64,000 nt of DNA from Phoronis australis (lineage: Eukaryota; Animalia; Phoronida), in assembly GCA_002633005.1 (NCBI GenBank), contig NMRA01000177.1, positions 263,942 to 327,941 of the forward strand. The letters run 5' to 3'. The position numbers and the translations under genes were made by a program. Every line of letters begins with the position of its first letter. Positions within the stretch are counted from its first letter, which is position 1. Under the pieces are notes generated by a model, which was given only the letters and a program-made list of their open reading frames with translations, made no database searches and was not told the origin of the DNA. Below, piece after piece: positions 1 to 10,375 of this stretch.

Positions 1-201
1 TTTCCTTAGCACTGGGCGCTAAATCTTCATTCTTTAAAAGTCGGGGATGGGCACTTAACCGAGAGGTGGGCGCTTAACTGGAAATCTTCAAAAATCGCAG
101 GGGGGGCGCTTAACCGAGCAATGGGCGGTTAAATCGAAAATCCACCTAAAGTAGGGGGTGGGCGGTTAACTGAGCATGGGCGTTAACCCGAACATTCATG
201 G
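1..201. mobile_element. Right end of a TA-flanked DNA transposon family with CCGTA...TACGG-type TIRs
   Basis: Internal gggcg(c/g)ttaac(c/t)g sub-repeats and terminus gggcgttaacccgaacattcatgg|ta; closely similar to ~14645-14842 and ~16740-16937. Confidence 0.75.
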
Positions 202-388
202 TAAAACAAGACAGCCATGATGAATCCCTCCATTAGACAAATCAATGAACTCCATTCATTCTATGGATTCATCACGTACAATGAAGAACCCTAACTCACC
301 GTATTAAAAAGACAAAAGAATCAAGTCCATCCCAAAACATCAATCAAAACAATGGTTTTCGAAAGATGGCACTCCACAGAAAATTCAC

Positions 389-532
389 CTGATATTGCCA
401 GGTAGTTGATGTCATGACCAGCCATAGCACTGTAGCTTCCCGTCTGCCCAAACCCTGTGAGACGAGCATAGACTAGACCAGGGTTGTCCTTTAGTAGAAT
501 GTCTGGACCAAGTCCCAGTCTTTCCATCACCC
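389..532 (-). CDS. AMACR: Alpha-methylacyl-CoA racemase (CaiB/BaiF CoA-transferase family III), internal exon
   Basis: Encodes (G)[47 protein letters not shown], with the catalytic GHDINY motif. Bounded by cag and gtgaat on the minus strand; 144 nt, phase-compatible with the upstream exon. Confidence 0.95.
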
Positions 533-1258
533 CTGGCACAAGAATAAAAGACAGAATGTTAAGAAGGCCTGAGAACATCATTTACGAGGTTTATACATAG
601 AATCACACTGTCATCATAATTGAAGTCATACAGAGTGCTGTTCCTAGTTTTGGTAAAATGACTATTACCATGGGACATCCCATTTCCCACAGTGAGAGTG
701 TCAAATATGTAGACTTAACTATATGAACCTCACAAAATCAAGTTGTGAAATAAGGGCAGTTATCCCTGTTTGCTTTCTGTGTTAATTCTGATGTCAGGAT
801 GGAGCTCATGTTATTTTTGCCCTAATAAACTGCTTCATTCTGTGTTTACAATACTGACTGTACTTCGGGAGCAAAAAGTTTTCTTTGCAGTATTTCACAT
901 CCGCCATGTCTCACTGTGTGTGTCGTCAGCTTATACTCTGTGGTGGCATTACTGCCTCATTTTATCTTCACTTGAGAATGAAACAAGTATGTTTCGAAAT
1001 ATCGTGTATCTTTTAATTATGTCGCTAGGTCAGTTACTGTATCTATGTTCAGTTGAGAGTAGAGTTTTGTTCCGAAAGTATGAACGCAACGGAATAAAGA
1101 CTGTGAACAATGAAAAGTGTCGTGCATTTAACAAATTCTGTTTACAATACTTCAAAGTCAGACATTTTGTGCTCAACATAACTTTAAACATTATCCAATA
1201 TTCAACCAATTGATACACCCCCAAAAAGTCACTCTCCTCATGAGAATTCTTATCTCAC

Positions 1259-1397
1259 CTTTTCGGAAAGGCTCGATGAGAACATCTGCAGATGAGCACA
1301 GTTCCCTCACAACACCAGCGCCCTCTGGCTTCTTCAGATTGACAGCAACGGACTGTTTACCACGTGCCATTCGGTCTAAGCTAAAAGGACTATTGGT
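1259..1397 (-). CDS. AMACR: Alpha-methylacyl-CoA racemase, upstream internal exon
   Basis: Encodes TNSPFSLDRMARGKQSVAVNLKKPEGAGVVRELCSSADVLIEPFRK(G), with the RGKxS and DVLIEPFR family motifs. Boundaries ttacag and gtgaga; 139 nt, splices in frame to 389-532. Confidence 0.93.
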
Positions 1398-3225
1398 CTG
1401 TAAGGAATATTTTTAAGACAACCTAGAAATTACAGCATAAAAATTAAAAGCAAACACCGATTGTCAGTATCCACTTAACTACACAGTCAGGTATGTGGTT
1501 GGGTCACAGAATCCTTGATAGACAATGAGAAAACACAAACACTCAATTAAAAATTCTTTATAAAATTTTAATTTATTTAAAAGACATTACTAGTATGTTG
1601 AAAGACCATTACTTGGAAAAAATACTTTCTCTAATTTAGATCAGCAAGAATATTTGAACGAGTTTTCATAACAAAAGCCTCCTGTATGTTTCAAATCCAG
1701 ACAAGAGTGATTTCAAAATGGAGATTGTAGGAGCCATGGGCATTGAACACACGGGATAGTCGGATATGATACGTTTATTCTCAACAAGGTTGACGTTATG
1801 CTTACTGTCCGACAAGGCCAGTTTCAAATGATATAGGCTCTAGGCTCCATAAAAACATCGTTAGCGTTGTAAGCGTTACCAGTACAGCGATTCATGTCAA
1901 GAATGCCCAATAGTACTGGAACGTTGGTTATATAAGAAGCTTTAGCCAATTGATACACGTAGTATTACGTAACCTTATGCACTACAAAATATAATAGTGC
2001 ATCAACAGAGGTTAATCCAGTTACCAACCTAGTCCATTATTAAGACTTAGTGTTTCTGAGGTCTTTTGTCAAGCATCAGGATGCCCAGTACAATTATCTA
2101 CCCCAGTTCAAAGAGTTACTAAAACCATTCACCAATGGGTACCGGAGAACCAAAATCTGATGCATCCAACTCATTTTCAATGCATTTCCTCCAGTAAATA
2201 TGATCTCAAATTAATTTCTAACTACGAAATCAATTTCAGAACCCAAACCATTTGAAAATTCACCAGTGTTAGTCTACGACATATCAATTTATTTTGGCCA
2301 GTGTTTTATTGCTATGTGAAGCCATAATACAGCAGTAGCCATATTTAAATTCACTGTTCCGCCAGAAAGTGATCAATGTCTTTTGGTGGACAGGCAATCA
2401 GCGCCACCTACAGATGATGATCCCATGTAATGTGGATGAGACTTCAACCTACAGGAATAAACATTGTTTTCACACCTTCCCTGCTATCATAGGATGTGGT
2501 ATTGGTTCGTGGAAAAAAGCAAACCTCTCATAAAATCCATAGATGAAGGACATCATGTCCAATATATTTCACAATGCGAAGAAGTATTAGCGCCAAAGCC
2601 AGTGGCTTAGCCTCATAAAGCGAGAGAATTTAAATTCCAGCTGATGTCAAAAAGCTATATTAAATTTATGGTAATAACCTAATCAAACAATGGGAGGGGT
2701 TGGTAGTGAGATTTATTCCTCTGTTTACAAAATAATGACCCACTATAAAGTACAAACAATTTCTCTCTACTGCATCCGAGTCGCTATGAAGCGCAAGTTG
2801 CATTCTCGCTTTCATTACTCTAGAAAGCATCAATATGAAAAGTCTAATTGTTTAACTCCCCCCAGTAGAACCTTACAGGCATTATGACGGAGGAAATAGG
2901 GCAGTATCGGATTACACAGGTGCACTTGAATCACGTGATATTTACCCACAATGCTACAACATCTGCCAAACAGTTCTCTGGCCTCAGCCTCGCACTATTG
3001 AAGTTTCTCACGTTAGGTAGTAGTTGGTGTTTTGCTATTAACAAGTTTTTCACGATCGTATTAACTGTAATCGACCATAGATTATAGACAACAGATTCGA
3101 AACTCCAACATTTGCTTGCGTAGTATCCTAGAGAAGGCGCCACTGTCCTAAATTACTAATTTCAGTTTCCAGTTAGTGTATTGTGACAGGAAATTCTTGC
3201 ATCAGCTTTACTGTCCAGTACAACG

Positions 3226-4555
3226 AAAACAAGATCAACGCGGAGCATTGAAATGCGCCCACGAATGCACCGCAAACGGAGTGCTTCTAGGGTTGTTTGT
3301 TTCATAAAAAAGCCACCAGAGGGCGAAAAACGTCCAATCCATCTGAAAATGAGTACATGCCATCGCTTCTTTAATAGAGAGCTATTTACCAAATTTCATA
3401 AAAATTTGTCAATGAACTTCAGAGAAACAAAGGAAAACAAAAAATTTTGAAATTGCCACTTTGGGACACAGTCTTCATTGGATCCGCCTAAAAGACGTCG
3501 TCATCTGTTGTTAGTTTCATATAAATACAATTATTAAGTTTAATAAAGATCCTGCAGTGAGTTTAGAGATGCAGCTATGGGCGCAAAACAAAACAAAATT
3601 ACCACTAGGCGGCGCTACAATAGTCGAATGCATTATCGTCAACCGTCTTCTTCACACTGAGAACATATACACCAATTTTCAAAGTCATCCTCAGAATGGT
3701 TTGGTTGATCGAGGGGTGGACGCCAAAAAACATGACTTGAAAACAGGAAAAATGGCCACTAGGTGGCGCAAAAGTTCCTCGATTCCATCTGAGAGCGGGA
3801 GGATAGCATCATCTCACCAATAAATGCCTGTATTCCAATCTTTCTGATAATCCGTAGAGGACATTTGAAGATACAGAGGTGAACTTAAAAAATGAAAATT
3901 GCCACTAGGGAGCACACTGGTAGTCAGATAAGTCCGAAAGTTGTTGTCATCCGTTGTTAACGTTATATAAACAAACTTGCTAAATTTAGCAAAAATGCTA
4001 CAAACGGTTTAGGAGATACAGCCATGGGTGCAAAAAAAAATAAACAAAACTGTCACTAAGAGGCGCCACAGTGGTAAAAGTCATTGGATATGATCATCAG
4101 CTTTGTAGTAAAAACATACATGACAATTTCCACAATCATCTTTAGAGCCGTTTGGTTGATAGAGGGGTGGACGCCAAAAAACAGAATCGAAAATAGCAAA
4201 AATGGCCACTAGGTGGCATAAACTACGTCAAATCCATCCAAAAATGGGGGGATAGCGTCATCTCACTAATGCCTTTATGCCAAATTTTATGAAAATACAT
4301 TTAGGACCTTTAAAGATATAGAGGTAAGCGTAAAAAACTAAAATTGCCACTAGGGGGCACACCCGTAGTCGAATCCGTCCCATTCATGATAGGAAAATAT
4401 GTACAAAATTTCATGAACGTACGTCAAAGGATTTTGGAGATAGAGCAATGGACATCGGATTGACGTCAGGCGGACGGATGCCGGACAGACTCCGGATGGA
4501 CGGACAGAGATGACGGCATAATGCGTCCACGTATAAATATGTGGGTGCATAAAAA
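3226..4555 (-). mobile_element. Non-autonomous Helentron (DINE-1/HINE-like) element with an internal ~148-bp tandem repeat array
   Basis: Minus-strand order: T-run; subTIR at 4541-4550 pairing with an inverted copy at 4521-4530; (GTCC/CCGT)-like microsatellite at ~4470-4510; tandem repeats; second subTIR at 3253-3262; stem-loop at 3235-3251; T-run. Confidence 0.8.
3312..4360 (+). promoter_or_regulatory. Array of 8 co-oriented CTCF-consensus-like motifs, one per repeat unit
   Basis: gccaccagagggcg (3312), gccactttgggacac (3455), accactaggcggcgc (3601), gccactaggtggcgc (3755), gccactagggagcac (3901), gtcactaagaggcgc (4052), gccactaggtggcat (4205), gccactagggggcac (4346), compared with CCASYAGRKGGCRS. 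Confidence 0.55.
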
Positions 4556-5845
4556 TGATAATTTCGGCATTGAAACGCTGTTCAAAGTCTTCCAATAATA
4601 GAACTGTTGGTATCGTGAGTACTTTTGGCACCCGACCACACATCAACCAACCAAGATTAACAGACGACATACTTGCCCGATTCGAAGTAAAACTTGCTAA
4701 TTTTGCCAGGTGGCGCTATTGAATAGTGATATCATGGCTTATGCGTAAGATCACAAATTTCGTCCACTGAAAATATATGGAGTTGGAGGTCCATGTACTA
4801 ACTGTATTCGACCTTCCAATGCCGGCAAAGCTTTACTGTTGTGCTGTATGTTGCAACCCCAATGGCAGAAAGTTTTCAGACAAGGTTGAGAAGGATCCAT
4901 GGATGTGGTGTTTTGCGGCATGGTTCCTACAACTAGCCCGACAATACTAAAATGAGGCCAATGTAACAAAGGAGATTTCTATCTGGAACCGCTCAATTCT
5001 ACAAATCCATTGACCACGTACAATGTGCCATTGGGAAACCAGGCAAGTCTCTAATGGTTATGCAACTGAAGAGATTTCACCTTATTATTTGGGCAGAACT
5101 ACTTTCATCAATGGGTATGAAAAATTTTTAACTAAGTCACTTTAGCTAAATATTTATCGTATTTCTTTGGGAAAAAACCATAACGCTAAATCGTCGTGAG
5201 AGACCGTCCGGAGTTGGTACAGGGTAAAACTCGGGACNAGCCCAATGGCATGAGTGTGCACTATGTGTCAAATTTCATTTGGCAAGATTTTTACACACAT
5301 TCATTGGCGCAATAGATTTGCCTTCATTTGCACCAAGTATCATGTTCTCTACTTTGTTGATGCTACTGTGCATGCATTTACTGATTTAGCAGTAGTAACT
5401 TCCCAACATACTTTGCACTATGGCAAAACAGAGCCTGCGGCTCATCGGCAACGACAATGAAGAGATTATCAGTAAATTAGTGACTGTTTTTTTAAAAGCG
5501 ACTATTATTCTTTTAAAAATACTGTACAACGCTAGTTGAAACAACTTGACGAAAAGAAATAAAAATACCAAAATAGCCCGTCGTATTCAGACATCCATGA
5601 TTAAACGTTCTATGATAGTCCAAAGAACGCGATCAAAGTCTAACCACTGCCTAATGAGCGCAGACATGTTTAAAAGTTCCGCACAAACAAATTAATTGAA
5701 ATTAAAAATTCAAATAAATTCAAATAATGACTATTAAAGAGGAATTCTGTTTATTAATGTTTATAAATGATTTTAGTTTCACTTAAAATTTGATAAAACT
5801 CGATTCTTTACTTAATTGCGAATAGTATTGGGGTTACTTTACAAA

Positions 5846-6018
5846 ATGGCAGACGAGACTCCAAATCTTGGCAGTCTGACCGTAAGCGGTCAAGAACAAC
5901 TGGGCGCAAACACCGACGAAAGTCCTGCAACCGACAATGCAGACGACTTTGATCCCTTCTCTGGGGAAATGGAGGATGTTCAAGTGGATATAGCACTCGC
6001 TGCACCTCCCGAAAAAGA
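5846..6018 (+). CDS. RASA1: RASA1 exon 1
   Basis: caaaATGG start; MADETPNL...VDIALAAPPEK(E) resembles the pre-SH2 'LTAPP' segment of p120GAP; GA|gtaagt phase 2 joins exon 2 to give E-WYHG. Confidence 0.85.
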
Positions 6019-9000
6019 GTAAGTTTGTCTCGCATCTATGTTGTTGTTTGCACAAATCACGACTTGTCGACTTGGATCATTTCCTGTCCTGTTTCTACTT
6101 ATTGTTTCTCACACTGTCGTTGTATTTCTTATATATTATCTTGGCTGTGGTTCTTGACAAAAATTGTTTTTTTGCAAACGGGGCTACAGGTAGACACTTC
6201 GTTTAATACAACTTGGCTTACGTTTTTCTGGTGATTTTGACAATCAATATGTTAGAATCAGTGACAGTGTGCCCACCATACAGTTTCCGATCGTCCCCAG
6301 TATACTATATATATATATACTACAAAGTATAACACTCGGGACAAGGAATTCCACTGTTGCTTCACTTCAGCTGTCTTGATATCAAACACAAAACTCAATA
6401 TACTTACACAAAACAGGGGTTCAACAAACCATATTGTAGTGTAGTAATAGCCGAGATTACTCAACCCGGGGATCGAACCAGCAATTGCCCGTTAGCGCTC
6501 CACCCTTCCCTACGGAATGGGCACGCGACCAGGAAGGTGAACATCAGGATGTCTCGCATACAGGTCATCAACATCCCTTGGTACCTTTACCACCACAACA
6601 CACAGGTGAACACAAGGTAGTCTCTCATACAGGTCCTTGACTCCTGGAACCTTCCATGCGCGCCGTCCCTAGGTTCGTGGGTACTAGTTGGCAGTGCTTC
6701 ATCGGTAGATCATCCGTTTGCCGACTACGCCATTTGTAGTAATAGCCGAGATTACCCGACCAGGGGATCGAAGCAGCGACCCCCATAAAACCGGCAAGCA
6801 TGCTAACCATTCAGCTAATAGGCAATTGCCCGTTAGCGAGTAGCTAACAGAGGCTCATATAATTCACCGGAAGCACATCTACAACAGTAGCATTTGTTCT
6901 TTCTTCTGATAGCATGTATAGTTCCCTGCTCCTGCGAGTTCACTGTCAAAGCACAAAATTCTTTCCAAATAGCCGATGCATACTGTCAATAGTGTTCCAC
7001 GCGAGTTGGTTCAAGGTCAAGTACAGTACGGAATTATCTGGCGATGAGTTACGGATGGACGGCAATTGCCGGTTCATCACGGAAGGTTAAGAAATGGTCT
7101 GGCTAAGTGTGGAGTTATTGATGTTGTAACCATCCATGACAAATCGGCAAATTACGTGGCACACTATTGACAGTACACTTCGGCTTTTTGAGAAGAATTT
7201 TGTACTTTGACCACGAATTTGTTGTGAACTCGATAGGGCAGGACACAGTAAATTAGGGAGAACAGCATTTTTCAAAAATTTTAGAAAATGTGCATGTAAT
7301 ATACATCATTAGAAAGCTCTTTTCGAGACTAAAATAACGATAGTAAAATTTTTTTAAATTGGACTTATGGTTCCGGAAAAAATGTCATTTTCGTGTCAAA
7401 ATTTTTGGTAAAAATTCTGTCAAATCGAGTCTGCGAGTTCAAAATATTATCATTTCAAAACTAAGAAACGTAGATAGACATGTAATACATCATTTTAAAG
7501 AACTTTTTATGATGAATAATTTGCCAAAAACCCATTTTGATTAGCCGTTCCTGTACGAAGATATTGACCTTAAAGTCAACACAGCCAACAAAGAGAAGTC
7601 ACTATGTACAATTTTGCTATTTCGAATTTTCATAAAATAACAATTACTCCAGGAAAAAAACAAATAAGGTATCATTTTAAAGATTTTTCATCAGGAAAGT
7701 TGAAACTTGATAATTGATTGAGCAAATTATTGATATTATTTGTGATATTGTTTTTAACTATCATGCTGTTTGCAACCGGCTTAACTTTGTCAAAATCAAT
7801 TACATTAAATAAAAATTAAAGATAAACAAACATCATTTCAAAAATATATTGATGACAAGTATGATAAATAGAACATTTTAACACAAGCTTCTGAAAGAGA
7901 GATAATAAATAAAACTTTTACATAAACTTTCCACAACAATGTAATAAAATGAAGACCCTGTCATGAGCCATCCAGGAATGTTCATGCTATAAAGCCAACA
8001 ACTGCAATATTCATAATCCTAAAATTGTCTTAAGTGATATGAACACAAAAAAGAATCTGTGATGGACAGATAAATAAAGTTCTCAATGCATCCTCAAGGA
8101 AGGAGGGGCCAATTCCTTTCAGTGACAGAAGGAGGGGCCAAACCCTTTCAGTGACAGAAGGAGGGGCCAAACCCTTTCAGTGACAGAAGGAGGGGCCAAA
8201 CCCTTTCAGTGACAATTGACAGTGGAGAACCTTCCAGTAAACAGACACCAAGGGCCAAACCCTTTCACTGACTACTGTAAGTCAGCGGAGTACCAGACTT
8301 GTGGCATCCTCAAGGAAAGGGAGCCAAATCTTTTCACTGACCAAGTCAGTGGAGTACCTTACACAGACTTGTGGCGTCCTTAAGGAAGGGGGGTGGGGCA
8401 AACCCTTTCTGACTATCATAAGTCATTGGAGTATCTACATGCAACACTGAGTTATTCCAGCACTTCGAAGTCCCTTTGACCAAAGTCATCAATCATCCGA
8501 ACGGAGTAGATAGCCTCATCTTCGTCGTAATGGATATTAAACCAAAACAGATATCGGAGGACCTGACAGAATACTATAATTCATAAATGATAAGAATTAT
8601 TTGAACAGTGTTATGCGAAAATGTTACCCTACTTGGAAATTATGCACAGCATTTTAACAAAGGTGATATAATACTATTAAACTACAAGGTTGTGAATAGA
8701 AAAAAAAGAAATAGCTCGATAGGTCATGTCAGTATTTGTCTGACAGTGTCTTAAGAGGTGGTGTTGGCATATGGTACTTCTTCGCGGACTCTTCAACAGC
8801 ATCAGGAGCTGAAAAGCACCGCCTGATAGGTGGAGGGGAGAGCCAAAGTGAAGGAGGCTTTGACCGTGTGTCCATGAGATCATGTCCAACTGAATAAGCG
8901 ATAAAATGCAAGTAGAATCAGTAGAAGCAGGAAAGTAGAAGGATCAGGACCAAGAGCTAAAAGCAGAGTCTGGTGAGAAAGAAATGTGAGACATGATGAT

Positions 9001-10310
9001 GATAGAAACTGATAAATAGGAGTGAAATTAGAAGAACAAAAATAATGAAGAAAATAACGACTGGTTTGGTCCATAGCAACTTCCAACAAAGCTTACCTGG
9101 AGGATATAGATCAGGGTGAGATTTATGAACAATCTAGGCAAACCTCAATTGTTCTGTTAAAAACTATATATACTGGCCCGTGGTCAGAAAAAAAGTTTAT
9201 CGAAAGCATGTATATATTTCATAGTAGTGGACCACAAAGTCTTGGAAACACAGGACTGCTGTAGAAATGTACATTTGTAATATTTGTTTAGTCTAAAATT
9301 AAAATATTTTGATTTTCTATCTTGACATAGTCTGAATAAGGACCAATAAGGCAAGATTGGTGTGGACCTCTCTGGCAACAAGCCAACCCAAGTCTATCAG
9401 TGGCTTGACCAACAAAAATGTGAAGCAAAATAGAAAAAATTAAATATAAGAATCATTGTTCTAACTACGAGAAATGACTGTTTAGTTCTCTTTTACATTG
9501 AGTTTTCATCAGGAAAAGTTGAAGTGGTTCAGTATTTGTAAACCAAACATTCAACGCGATTCAAAGGACCACCCCTAGCGGCAGTACCTGGAACTACAAA
9601 GTGAGTCAGAAATTCGCCTGATAGTCAGAAATTGATGAAATGTTCGTTTCGAAAAAGTGTTTGAAATAGTTCATTAATGAACCCTTTAGTGCGGAATACA
9701 GTTCATTACATTCGCAAATTATGCTATATACCAATGAATTCAGATCGAAGTTGAAGGTGGCGGTAACAGGCGACTTTTTCAACTTTTAAGTGCAGGAAAG
9801 TGAAAACTACTTGCATAATCGTGTTCGCAAGGCTCCCTTTTGTTCTTTCACGAAGTTTCACGTAAAAATTCGCGAGTTTAGTCTTCTCCTGGGTTGAAAA
9901 CCAAATAGTCATTTTTAACGGCAGCCATTTTGGTCTGAAAAATCGGTCACGTCCCTGCAAAAAACTCGTGCAAGGTATTATTAAACAAATTTTGCGACAA
10001 AAAAAAAAGATTTATCAGATAAATAAAACAATACATTATTTCATACTTTGTGATGATTTTATTCACATTTATTATATTTTTGCATGATTTTTTGCCGATT
10101 ATAGTGAGCGAATTTAACACTGTGACAGATACGCGACGCGATTCGCTGAAGAATGCTGTCCTCGCTATGTAAATGCTATCAGAAGAAAGAACAATTGCTA
10201 ACGGTTTGTTGAACCCCTGTTTTGTGTAAATTTATTGAGTTCTGCATTTGATATGGACGGTTGAAGTGAAGCACCCATGGAGCTCCTTATCCTGGATGTC
10301 ATACCTTGTA

Positions 10311-10375
<65 letters not shown>

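Noticed and set aside
770-1213. 147-aa plus-strand ORF
   Set aside because: Non-ATG start, no recognisable motif, antisense within an AMACR intron.
3312-4360. Regularly spaced conserved motif resembling a CRISPR or integron array
   Set aside because: The intervening sequences are homologous to each other, contain no cassette ORFs, and lie within Helentron-type termini.
6760-6830. Possible tRNA gene on the minus strand
   Set aside because: No convincing acceptor or anticodon stems, and it is part of a TRIM LTR.
7244-10124. CACAGT(G) ends suggesting a Transib/RAG-like transposon
   Set aside because: Similarity beyond the heptamer is weak, with no 5-bp TSD and no transposase remnant seen.
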